Positions 42,991-55,279 of a stretch of 64,000 nt of DNA are shown one piece after another (position 1 is the stretch's first letter; each line of letters begins with the position of its first letter). A model generated the notes under the pieces. The model made no database searches and was not told where the DNA came from. It saw only the letters and a program-made list of their open reading frames with translations. The stretch comes from Chlorokybus atmophyticus (Eukaryota > Plantae > Mesostigma and Chlorokybus algae). A program made the translations under genes and the position numbers. The DNA lies in contig RHPI01002998.1 of NCBI GenBank assembly GCA_009103225.1, positions 95,813 through 159,812 on the forward strand, read 5' to 3'.

Positions 42991-45273
42991 ATGGCGACGA
43001 GTCCGCAGGCCGCGGGGGGCAAGCCCATGACCACGGTGAAGGAGGCGCTCAAGGCGTGGGAGGAGAAGAATGGGCAGAAGTGCACTGACGCTGAGAAGAT
43101 TCAGCTTTGCGGACAGGTGGGTCAGAAAGTACTAGCGAAATTAAGATGAAGATGTACAGTAGCAGCGTCAACATCAGCAAACCACGAAAGACCTCGCTGT
43201 TTTACGTAAGGCAGAGTCAGCGAGTTTGGTTGGGTAAGCTGTTGGGTGAGCGAGCGACTTCATAATTGAGTAAGGTCATCGCTCAACTTTGAGCGAGTGA
43301 TGGAGATCGTCATGTAATTTCATGTCTATATTAGGAATCAACAAAGAATTGCAGATTCTTTACATGCGTGCGTATCACACTTCTGTATTCCAATTATGAG
43401 GACTTGCTGAGTGTGAGAGAGTGGGTAAGTGCATCAGTTAATTCTGTGATTGAGTGTGCAACTGATCTGGTTCACTCAGTGCCTTTTTCATTGAGTCATA
43501 AAGTGACAAACTGAGTGCATGATACGCTGCATGAGTCAATCCGGGTGGGAGGAACTAAGTTAACAACGACGTAGTGAGAGTGACAAACTGAGGGATCACA
43601 GTAAGTACACGAGCAAGCCATGCAGTCACTGTGAGTGCATGCGTAAAGTTGCATGCATACCACGACAACTGCTATTCAGGTATCCCCGTGAATGGGTAGG
43701 TGAGCAGAGTGTGCAAGATGTCACTCGAAAATGGCTACTGGAAGTTTTTGTAACAAGATAGCAAGTGCATAGCCCATGTACTCGCCTTCTTGTGTATGAG
43801 ATCCTGTTCATATGTTCACTATCCCACAGAGTCATCAATTTGTAACAGACAAATTGGGTGACTGTGTGGTATAGTGCACATATTACCGGTCGAAAAAATA
43901 GCGAGAACTGCCATGGCTTGGTCCATATCTGTAACCTATGAAGCTTGCTGCTACTCTCCCACAGTTCCCTCCCATTGAGAAGATGGACGGAGCGACCCTC
44001 AGCACCTGCAAGAACTGCCAGCACCTCTCGCTGTCCACCAACGCCATCGAGAAGATCGCCGCACTCTCCAACATGCCTAAGGTGCAGTCTCGTGCCACTG
44101 AGTGCGCGCATGCTTTAGCGCGTGCGAATGTGTCAACATGTGTGCAGGTGCATATGTACGCGTGTGAGTGTGGGTATGTGTGAGCGTGTGCATGTCCGCG
44201 CGCATATGTGCAAGCATGCGCATGCGCGCGTCTCTGTGCCTGTGCCTGTACCTGTGCGCATGCGCGCGTGTGTGGATGCGTAGATGCTTGTGCATGTAGA
44301 TGTGCATATGGTCGTGTATGTGCATGTCCGCGCGATACAACTCACCTGCGTGCGTGTGTGATTGCAACAAGAGCAGCTGCGGGTGCTATCGCTGGGGCGC
44401 AATCTGCTAAAGCGGCTGGAAAACCTGGACGGTCTAGCAGACAGCTTGGAGGAGCTGTGGGCTAGCTATAACAACATTGAAAAGCTTGCGGGTGTTGAGA
44501 AGCTTACCAAACTGCGCGTGCTGTACTTGAGTAACAATAAGGTGACTATCTACGCAGTTATTCAGACACTGATGTTCAGGAACAAGCACAAGCACGTACA
44601 CGCACGGACATGCACGCACGCACGCACGCACGCGCGGATGTGCAGAGACGCACAGATACGCACGCAGGCACAGAAGCCCACGCACACACACCCATGCATG
44701 CACGCGCACATACACGCACAAACACACACGCACATGTGCGCATGCAACATCTGCTTACATCCTCGCAACCAGATCGATTCTTGGGCGGAGGTGGAGAGGT
44801 TGAAGGGTCTGAGCAACTTGGAGGACTTGCTTTTTGTAAACAACCCGCTGTACTTGAAAACCGGTTCGGACCAGCTGAACCCCGGCAGCGCGTGGCGAGT
44901 AGAGGTGCGTGAAGGCGAGGAGTGCCTGTTGTGTTGTTGTTGTGAGATGATCAGAGTTGACTCACACATAAGCACGCACACTGCCATGTCTGATGCATGA
45001 CACTTGCAAAATAACTATCCTGCGACACTCAATCAGCACTGTTGCATGCAACAATGTGGGTTGCGCTATCGCTTGTGGTAGCAATGACTTGGATGGCTGC
45101 TGTAACCAAGTTGGTACACATGGCATATGACATGACACACAATGTCTGTACAGCTAATCATCCAAGCACAGGTGCTGAAAAGGTTACCTCAGCTCAAGAA
45201 GCTGGACGGCGTTCCAATCGATGGTGACGAAAGGGAGGCTGCAAAGGCTGGTGCTCCAGAAGCTCCGGGTTGA
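42991..45273 (+). CDS. DNAL1: Axonemal outer-arm dynein light chain 1 (LRR), 5 exons
   Basis: [13 protein letters not shown]; [30 protein letters not shown]; [17 protein letters not shown]...[14 protein letters not shown]; [11 protein letters not shown]; [12 protein letters not shown]. Confidence 0.95.
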
Positions 45274-45634
45274 ACCAACCTCAATGCCACGCTCTTGTGT
45301 TGATGGCAGCAACTTGCTGCTCTACCAACACTGCACGCATTGTATATACAGATACACTAGGTATTGGGATTGATGTTGCACAAACATGCACACCTGCATC
45401 TACGACAAAGAGTTTCTGCAGACACACTCTCACGCAAACAGGATCAAGCAACACAACTGTCTGCATACATACACACCATACATACATACTCCAACACTAC
45501 ACTCAGTAAAATACACGAACACACATTCCGCAGCGCAGTGCACAACATGCAGGAATATAACCTTCATGCCTCACGCCAAAATGTGCTTATGCCTCTTCGC
45601 AGCTACGGTGATGTGTCAATATGATACCACGATG

Positions 45635-48219
45635 TTATATGTCGAGTAACGATGTGACCACGCGGAAACCATGGTTAGGGGGCAGCTCTTTGTTGCCGGG
45701 TCGGCTGAGAACAGCGACAGAGAAGCCGGCAGCTGTGGCTGCTTGGGCTTCAGCAGCAACATCCGTAGCAAAAAGGATCTGACTTCTGTTGTCAAAGCCG
45801 AGGGTCTCAGCGATCTCCACGTAAGATGTGGAAGCCACTTTCGTGCCCACTGTCGTGTCAAAGTAGCCGCTCAAGAAGCCGGTCAGATCGCCGCAACTTG
45901 TGTGACCAAAGATCAATCGCTGGGCTTCTCGGCTTCCACTGCTGTAAATGTAAACCTGCGACAGGATAAGTGACACGCATTAGCACACGTATGCATCCTC
46001 TCAGTTTCTTAGTCCTTACCACGAGTGGTGGAATCAGTGGTTGATCACAAGTATACACTACATAGCGTACCTTGATGCCATGCTGTGTCCATCTTTTCAT
46101 TGCTTGTGGCACATCACTGTACACATAACCGCTCAACGCCTTGCATTCGTACCCTCTCCGCCATATGTGCCCCTGGTGTTAACAGAATGAAAAGTGAGCG
46201 TCAGTTGTTCAATAGTTGATTGTTAACATACCTGCATTTTGGAATGAACACAAAAATAGCAGCATGCAACAATTGACGCACTGCAGAACAAATGTGTGCT
46301 ATTGATTGCTAGCACATGTGCACCGATACCGCACAAGCACAACACCTTGCTATTGAAGCCCTTGAAACACCAGTATTGACGTACAAGCTGTAAGACTGAT
46401 GGTGTACCTGCAGCTGTTTAAGGCCAGTCACTTTGCGGTCTGCAGCGATCATGGCTTTCACAGCATGGGCACACACGTTGATGGCGACTTCACGGGGTTC
46501 CAACGGTATGACAGCAGCGTCTGGCCTACCGGCAGCAATATCTTCAGCGCACTGAGCGCGCAGCAACGCCACATCATCTTGCGTCGCAGGTGAGTCCCAT
46601 GTGGCCCTCAAATGTTCCTCAACGTAGTCGCGGGCGTAGGGGAAGAGTGTCTCATGCACAAATGATATTGGTGTTGTCGTCCCTTCAATGTCCAACACAA
46701 CAGCTCTCACTCCAGAGACGGAAATGGGCTCTGCAGGAGCACAAGTTAGCCGTGCATATACCCATCAGTGCACGTGACAACATCTTGCCATCAACGGCTT
46801 GGGGCTAAACGTGTATGTGTGTATGTGTGGGGTGAGTGGGGTGCGTGCGTGCGTGCGCGCGTGCGTGTCTCTGCTATCCAACTGACCAGTTACCTGTAAC
46901 ATGAGGCCGTTTTGCGGGGTGGCCATTACTTAGTTCTTGATGTGCACTGTTAGCGTGATCTGGCCCGACAAGGCTGCGTCCCATGCGATGCAACTCCACA
47001 GCCGCTTGGAAAAGGTAGTGATAGCACTCTGCTTGCGTCTTTGCACTTATCCTGTACATTACAGAAGTACTACAGAATTCATCACGATAAAAGGCTCGGC
47101 CTGTATAGTGTATATGTATGGTGTTTATTACAAAACTCTGTTGTTTGGTTGCCATGCTTGTTGCGAGTACTTAGCCTTGTGAACTGCGCCAGTTGTGTGT
47201 TTGAAAAGTGTAAAGGCATGTACATGTGTGTGTGCAAGAAACGTAACTTTTGTGTGGTATTGATGCGTACCACGAGTCTCCCCAAACATACACGCCATGG
47301 TTGCGCACGAGCACCGCCGTGGTCTTGGGGTAATCCTGGACGGCTTTCGTGAGCGAGTCGGTGAGCTCGCATTCGCGGGGGGTATTCTCAATGATGGGCA
47401 CGACAAGCGTGTCCCCATAAGCATGATGAGCAATGCCCTTGATCATCTCCATGTGTGAGATGCGAAACTCAGTCGCCCCAGGCTCGAGCAGCGTCGCCAG
47501 TGCTGACCAGATTGAGTGGGAGTGAATCACTGCACCAGCATTGCGCATGTTGTATGCTGCCATGAACAGCGGTGCGCACTCTGAAACCTGTCAAGTGTGT
47601 TAGGGACAACTGCCGGTTGCAGTGTTTGTTGAACAGTACTACTTGTGGGTAGAGCACGCTCACCTTTGGTGGCTTGTGCGGCCATGGCCTTGTCACAGGC
47701 TGTGCTATGATCGTTCCATCTCTGTAAGCAAAAAACAAACTTTACACAACTGCTGTGGAGTAGTAGCGTGTGCACACACTGAACTCATGCACTTACGAGT
47801 GCGTCGTCGCATGGACACAGCTCATGCATCTCTAACCGAGCACACATGCATGCAGCATGATACCCTAATACACTTGTGTGATTATCTTCTTTACAGTTAA
47901 CAACAGCAGTCATGTAAGCGCAATGCAGCACACGCGAAGCCGGCAACTGCATGTTACTCCTACTTGGGCCTAATAGCATCCCAAACCTCCAATGCGTCAT
48001 TAAGTGCACCTTCAACATGCTTGCTTACCCCTTAAGCACGTAGATATCCTCCGCCTTCATCCGCTCCTTCTGGACGCCGCTGGGCGCCATGGCGTACAGA
48101 TCCTCATTCACCTTGATGGATATGGACCCGCCGGTGCCCGACACCCATCCCTGGTCATAGAATAAGCGGCAAAGCTCCGCAACAAGTTCCCTGGAGGACT
48201 CCGCCCCTGCAGCGTCCAT
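45635..48219 (-). CDS. DEP1: Bifunctional methylthioribulose-1-phosphate dehydratase / enolase-phosphatase E1 (methionine salvage)
   Basis: [21 protein letters not shown]; [11 protein letters not shown]; AGAVIHSH; [12 protein letters not shown]; then HAD motifs [45 protein letters not shown] and LFATDV. Confidence 0.95.
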
Positions 48220-48413
48220 GATGACGCCGCCACCGTCACCACTGCCGCCGATGACAAGCAACCTGCCAGGCCAGTGCACACAGCTGGATCACTGTGCTCA
48301 TATTGCTCGAATGCACGAACTCACTGGATCACTTGCGGTTCAATTTGAGATCAGTGCATGCCAGAATGCTGCTTGTCGACGTTGGCGCTGGCGTTGGCGG
48401 TGTTGGTGGTGTC

Positions 48414-49883
48414 ATGGCGGTGTGGACAGTGAGCGCATGCGCTTCACTTGCCCCTCCAGTGTCGCTGATTGCCTCCAAGCCCAGGGCTGCCAAGCTTCAG
48501 CAGCGCAGTGCCGAGGGGAGGAGGCGAGTGACCAGCTGCCAGGCTGCTGACGTGGCCAGCGTTGCGGCAACCAAGCAGGTTAGTGTGGTCAGTTGCGTTA
48601 TGGGTTGAAGCTTACGAGCTTGAGCTTAGTCTGAAGTTGCTGTGCTGCGTGGCTGTGTCGCAGGAATTGCTGTCCGCCTCCAGGAATACGCAGAACGGCA
48701 CTGCATGCACAAGTGACCAGGCTGAGCGGATTGCAGGCAAAGATTTGTTAGATGGTTCATGTTCTGCATGCATGGCTCGTTTTATTGATGCCCACAGCTC
48801 ATGAACGCGCTGCATGTTGCCTTGTTGCCTTGCAAGCGGACCGCACTAATGAACACGTGCTTTGCTATTTGTCGTTAAATAGTTCGGCGTACAGCATGTT
48901 CATTTCTGTTTGCTGCTTCTTGTTGACATATGGTGCCGACGCTCAGCTGACTTTGGCTCTTGCACGAGCTAGCGTTTTCCCTGGCATGCAGCCATGCATG
49001 CGATACTGTGGCCGATGCTGTGTCTGTGTCAGGCCTGATCAAGCAGTTGGAGGCATCCAACCCAAGCAAGAAACCGGCATATGCTGATCTTTATGACTCA
49101 TTCTGGTGAGCACCCTTGTACACCAACGTGAACTGCATGCAACTGAACCAAAAGCATGAATGATTCAGGCATGCTGTTTGGACATGCATCAAGTTTATAC
49201 ATGCACTGACTCGAGTGTCAACACAAACCCACACAGGGAGCTGGTGTACTCATCTTCAACAGCGGCTTCAGCCGGCAAGTTGGGCCCGTTTGTAGGATAT
49301 GTCACGCAGGAGTTTTTGCCAAGAAAGGTTTGCAGCCTAAGACAGTTGTCAGATCCCCAGCAGGCACATATGTTAGTTTTTTGCTTGTATGCTCAGGCTT
49401 GATTTGTTGGCTTCCGTTTGGCTCTCAGGGAGTGGAGGGCCAGCTTGAGCAATACATCAATGGTGTGGAATTTGGGCCTGTACTCAAAGCGGCCTTGCTT
49501 GCGACATACAAGGTACTAGTTGTGGTGTTGGCTGACATACTCTTCCCCAACGTCGTATGTTAGCTCGACTGGTTGCACTGACTTACCCTTGTCTCGCTTG
49601 CAGCCTTTGAGTGACACACGGCTGCAAGTCAAGTTTATCAACACTCGGTGGACACTGCTATCTGTTTTCAGCTTTACGCAGGACTTCAAGCCTTCATCGG
49701 GCGGCTGGTGGGAGGTTACATATGTAAGCAAATTCCTTATGCTGTACTATGGCATGATTGTTGTTAACATGGATGGGTTCACAACCGAACGACTTGTAAC
49801 TTGTTTCGTTTCAGGTTGACAATGATTTGCGCATCCTGTATGCCAACACTGGCAACGTATTTGTGTTGCGTCGCGTGCGTTGA
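48414..49883 (+). CDS. PAP/fibrillin-domain plastid lipid-associated protein
   Basis: Transit-peptide-like first exon; LIKQLEASNP; ELVYSSSTAASAGKLGPFVGYVTQEF; GWWEVTY|VDNDLRILYANTGNVFVLRRVR*. Confidence 0.8.
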
Positions 49884-50199
49884 CCCTAGCTCCGCAGTTG
49901 CTGCTTCACGTGTACATCCTTGTGTACTATTACGTTAGCCAACATAAGTTGTCGCTGGTAGTTTGTCATTTGAGGTGTAGCAGATTTCTGTGACCGCTCG
50001 TGTGAATAGTGTTGTAATATTGCTCATTGAACGTGCAGCTCCTTTGGCATACTCTGGATATGTGCACCTGCTGGTAGTCCACACACGGGTGTGATTTTGC
50101 CAAGATGAAGTGAGTTGGTATGGTGGTAGCAGGTCCCAAGTGAGATGGCATGGTCAGTAGTATTCCACCCGCGCCACTGCGAGTTGCATTGACCAACAC

Positions 50200-52321
50200 G
50201 TGCACAGATGCGAGGGTCTGTGTTCACTGGCTCTGCACTGCTTTCTCACTGATTCAAACGCGCTCAGTGAACTCGCGATACAGGATCACTACTTGAGAAT
50301 CTCAAGTGACGCTTTTCTAACACTCAAAAACATGCAGCTGATTGTTGCTGGCGCAGAAACCATGCGCAGGCTCGCACGCATACTCACTGCAACAAATCAG
50401 CTTAAATACTTGTGGCTCAAGCAAAACTTGCTAAGCATTAGTGTTGAATTGGTTTGTCTGTGTAATTGAGACACCTGGCTCACCTGGTTTGCATACGGTG
50501 CAGGCACACGAGAGATGCACTGGGCTGACCAACACCAGCGTGCACGCTACCAAGCCACCATCTTCAGCACCAGCACCAGCAGCACCTCCCTACATGGTGC
50601 AGGCTCACGAGGAATGCACTGTGCCGTCCAACATCAGCGTCAGTGGTAGCGAGCGACCATCATCAGCACCAGCAGCAGGCATGCCTGGAAGCAAGCCTGA
50701 CTCGCTGCTCATTGAGGCAGACTATGAGCGACGTGCTGTCCAACAACAATGCCAACGCCAATGCGCCACCATCATCAGCATCAGCACCAGCAGCAGCAGC
50801 ACCACCACCACCATCACCACCAGCCATACCTGACTTGCCGCTCGGTGAGGCCACCATGGAAGCAGGTTTTGAGACTGTGGAGGGATGCACATTGACGAAT
50901 CCAATGTCAACCGCAAAAGGCGAAAGAGGAGAAAGGAGGCTGAGGAGGAGAGAAGCGGGAGGCGGGAGGGAGAGAAGGAGCAGGTGGAGGAGGAGGAGGA
51001 GGAGGAAGACAAGGCTGAGGGGATTGAGCCTCCAACAAAGGTGTGCCGCGTGCAGGAGAATAAGCAAGGAGTATACGTAACATCAAGCTGGCCCGTCGCA
51101 GAACTTGAACATCACTTGGAGGAGAAGGTGGACGAGAATGAGCAGCCTCTGCTAAAGGTGTGTCGCATGCATGAGGATAAGCCAGAAGTCCATGCAACAG
51201 CGAGTCGGCCCGTTGCATCACTTAGACACCGATTGGACGTCATCACTCCCAAGCGGTTGAGCTGGCTAGAGTTTGAAGACGTGGCCATTGTCCACAAGTA
51301 TCCGCAGTATGAGGACGCGGCACAGGGTTCAAAGTGCTGACTGCCCAGCCGCACCCAATTCTTGGGCAATTTTACCGTTTGCGAAGTCCTACTGGAGACC
51401 ACATTCTCTCCACACCCAACAGCTTGGCTGGTCAGCTACAGCGTTCAGAAAAAGGTGTGGAGAGACTACATGGATTTCACCGTTACAGACATGCACGCGA
51501 TCACATTCCCTGCCAATGCGGAGGTGAACCATCATGCGCGCATGTGGATGTGTGGGCTTGCGGCTCCTTCAACGCTTTGTCACGCGGTTGCGCAAAACCG
51601 GCATGGCCAAAGAATCCTCGCCAATGCAGATCTTTCCGCAAAAAAAGTGAAAGACTTCAAGCTTGCGGCAAATCCTGCCATGCAGGTCTTGAGCGCCTTC
51701 CGGTATAAGCTTGCGGGCTACACAATCAGCCAGGACACAAGGCGTTTCATATAATTGCATGTTAGCAACTTCAGCACGGGGAGCAATCTTCTGCAACACG
51801 ACTTGAAGGACGTGGCGCCGGACATTCGCTGCAGCGCCTTTATGGATGAAAGCAGGGCCTTATTGAGAGTCTATCAAAACTCCTCTTTCGTCGTGCTGGA
51901 TGCTAACAACAAGTGGGCTGAAGTGTTCAGCCAGCGTTGCTCGGGCCGTGCGTGCTGCTCAGCTCTTGTGTGTATGCGAGTCTCTCCGATGCTTGTGAAG
52001 CGTGCAGACTGCACAGCATGGACAACACACTCAGAATGCCACACCACATGGGGTTCTGGCAGGTGAGGGGCTGTTACTTGTCGCACCCTTGACGGAATGA
52101 CTTTTCTCGCCAACTTGGCAACGGGCGAAGTCAAGGAGATTGTCTTTTACCGATCGGCTATGCATATTGGTGAGCCCGGGTGGTGGGAATGTCGGCGCAA
52201 CTTGTGGATCTGGCAGTCAGCCCTGAAGGAGATGTGTGCTTTGCAAGTAGAGGACAAATTTTCTTCTTACGCTTCTGGTGAAGCTGGCTTGTTGGCCATC
52301 TTGCTCAGCGCTTGCGCATAA
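50200..52321 (+). pseudogene. Decayed locus: LRR-like segment, Pro/Ala-rich repeats with frameshifts, and an intronless frame of about 480 codons broken by three stops
   Basis: ORFs 50885-51340, 51362-51754, 51755-52066 and 52097-52321 all share one frame, with stops at 51338 (TGA), 51752 (TAA) and 52064 (TGA). Upstream, AGAETMRRLARILTATNQLKYLWLKQN resembles an RI-type LRR. Confidence 0.6.
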
Positions 52322-52929
52322 CTGATACTCATAGGTCTGATTGCGTTAGACGATTGACTCCTGTTGGCAGCGATCATATATGCTACCTATCTAGCCTTCT
52401 AGTGTATATAGAAAAAGTGCTTTCCTGCCTGGCTGGAGTGTGAACCTGCGTTAGTGCATGCTCCACAGTGTGCATGAGTGGCAATTAGCCAAATGCTTTC
52501 TCTCATATACAGGGAACCATGATGGTGCTCAGGAGAGAGGACTTGACCAACAGCATGCCTGGGTTCCCATGCGGCAATTTGTTGGTCGTTGCTGTGTGCA
52601 GCATGCCACTCTATAACACCAATGCCGGGATGTTGTAGTCAAGTATGTTCAACTGTTGCGCTTGTTCACACTCTGCATACACCTCCTTGTTAACCCAAGT
52701 GCCTTTACTAACTTGTACTATCGGTGTACAAAAGGGGTATGCTACTATGTGTTGGCGTCCATACGTGTCCACAACCTAGCCATATAGGTGGTGTTCCTAC
52801 AGCGCACTCATAACTTGCACACGAGAAAGACAAGCACAAGAGAGACACAACAGACGCAAAGCCGAACTACCCAACACGCTCCGGGAGGACGGGAGGAGGA
52901 GAAACAGGACCAGCAGAACAATAGACAGC

Positions 52930-53770
52930 ATTGTAAGGCGCAAGGATGCACCAGGAGGATGCCCAAGGGCTCAAGAAGAAGGTGCAGGGGAAGGATGAGA
53001 AAGGTGCCCAAGCGATGGTGCAAGGAAAGGACCAGGAGGATGCCAAGTTGCCAGAAGAGGTGGAGGCGTAGGTGAAGGTGGAGGTGGAGGTGGAGGTGGA
53101 GGTGGAGGCACAGGTGGAACAACCAGCAAAGGAAGGCCTACTCCAAGGAGCTGGAGGTGGATGTGATGAGGGCCTAGTAGGAGGGGAAGGAGCGTAGTTG
53201 TAGTTGATCACGGCGTAGTTGCCACCAACATTAATGGAATCTAACACGCACGCACACGTCAGTCAACACAACAGGTCCGACACATGCTCAATATTGCAGT
53301 GCTGACAATGAGGCCAAGTGAAAGGTGGCAGCTGAGTGCTTGTGTTAGCTGCAGTCCGCTACATTGCTAAACTGCCTGGCACATCAAAGTATTACTGCAC
53401 AAATTTAAGTAAAGTACAATGTTCATACTGTTTACTATGGCAACACATTCACAGAATCTGCCCCCCGCTGCAGTGCTTACCATGAGGCCAAGTGAAAGGT
53501 GGCAGCTGAGCTGTGTATGTGTGAGCCGACGTACTCTTGGGCAAAGCTTGAAGATGCTGGTTTCATTCAAATCGCTCAGGTGGTACCGTACCTGAAGTCG
53601 CTGCTTGAAGAGTACGGCTGCTGGAGGAGATGGTGGCTCATTGGCGTTGACGTCGGTGTTAAACGGGGCACAGCATCTCTCGTGGACCTGGATAGAGTGC
53701 TGACACAGATAGCATGCGTAACTCAACCGAAGCCATGCATAGACCTACGCATAACAGTATTTAGCTGAGA
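52930..53770 (+). pseudogene. Decayed low-complexity and LRR-like coding remnants
   Basis: Frame HQEDAQGLKKKVQGKDEKGAQAMVQGKDQEDAKLPEEVEA*VKVEVEV with an in-frame TAG; LEDAGFIQIAQVVPYLKSL; direct repeat ATGAGGCCAAGTGAAAGGTGGCAGCTGAG near 53309 and 53482. Confidence 0.35.
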
Positions 53771-54054
53771 GTTGTCTACGACACACAAGCCCAAAACACC
53801 AGCTCGCGCGCAGATTGTGTATGCGTGGCCGCTATTGTAAGCATTCCATGCCAATGCAGTAGCGCGTGCATGTGAGGTCAGACCAGATGGTGCCGGTATA
53901 GCATAGCAACTGCTGCTGAGTTGACAAGTTGACGCAGAATTGGCAGCGCATGAGCAACAAGTGCAAGTGGTGGGATACCCAGCAACAGAGCCGCACGACA
54001 ACGAGAAGATCTCATTACTAGTTCAGCAACATCGTCACACATAGCTACGTACTG

Positions 54055-54470
54055 TCATCCATGCCTATCACAGTGTACAGCGCACTCACACGCACGCAAG
54101 CAGCGTGCAAGCACGCCTGCACAGCTGCAGCCGCCAGCACAGCGTCCGCGTTCCGTTGTTGGCGCTGCCGTCGGGACCGGACCCCAGCTTGGCGCGGCCG
54201 CCACGACCGCCCGCCATTCCAGGATGGTGATGCCCTGAGCACGCTGCAGCGCGCAAGCCACGCGCTGCCGGTACAGCGCCAAGTAGCCCGACAGCCTGCC
54301 CAAGGGCAAGTCACGTGCAGCCAGCGCCCTCCTAGCGCACGTGTCGATGACGTCGTGGAAACTCTCGCCTAGGGTGCCGTGCGTCTCGGAGGCGAGGGGA
54401 TGGAACGTGTCGGCGGCGGGGTGACCGTGGTATTTCCGCCGCTTCGCCAGCTCACAACAGTCAGTAGTAC
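54055..54470 (-). mobile_element. 3' fragment of a non-LTR retrotransposon with restriction-like endonuclease (CRE/NeSL/R2-type C-terminus)
   Basis: ELAKRRKYH...TFHPLASETHGTLG...YRQRVACALQRAQGITI matches the E..K..KY...F.P.A.ET.G..G...QR....LQR signature. GC/CpG-rich relative to the flanks; no RT domain present. Confidence 0.7.
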
Positions 54471-55279
54471 TGAATGGGTTAGTACCTGAGTGTTTGGAAA
54501 GCAGGCGCAGCAAACCAGCTCAGCATATCAGAGGCAGCACAAGTCTACTTGCCATACGAGTTTCAGACCAGTGCGTACTCAGCACTGCTAACATACACAG
54601 CAAACTTGAAGAACGCAGTGACATACAACCACTGAAAGCCTGAACAACCAGGAAGAAAACAAATACGCAGGCAGACAGGCAAGCAATGCATCAACAAGCA
54701 AGCAAATGAGTATGCCACAGCGATACCCCCATGAGTGCAAAGCATATTGGCACGTTATTCAGACACTAGTTCTATACAAGCAAATCGAGCACACCGCGTG
54801 TCTCGACACGCGTCGCACACAATCACACTAAGCTACCTAAGAACAAATGCGGCTGCACGGAGGCGATAGCCGCTTATTGACACAGTTGCTCTTTTGCCAT
54901 GATGGCGCAGGCTTATTTAAGTTGCATACTGAGTTTGGGTGCCGCTATACAGCAGGCTTATTTGTTGGAGTCAGCAAGGTTGGCTGATCAATTGCGCTCC
55001 TTGCGCAGGGAACAAACCTTCTTTGCCGCAATGCAGCAGACTTATTGAAGTAGTGTTATCTTGTGGGCTAGCAATGGCCAGCTGGCAGGCTTCCCTCCGG
55101 TATAATGGAGGGGCAGTCCGCCTTATTGTTGGATGGAACGCCTTGTTATTGGATGGCAGCAGACCTGCTTGACTTGCAGGTCCGTCCGCATAGCGAGCTG
55201 CACAGGACTTGGCTGTGCACTACTAAGGCTAAAGATTTCGTGGTGATGTCTCCACGCTGGTGTGTTCGTGTTTTGTTAC

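Noticed and set aside
50885-52321. RIP-like CpA mutation process
   Set aside because: Stops derived from CAA/CAG/CGA/TGG are expected from ordinary transition bias; there are too few events and no aligned paralogue to test it.
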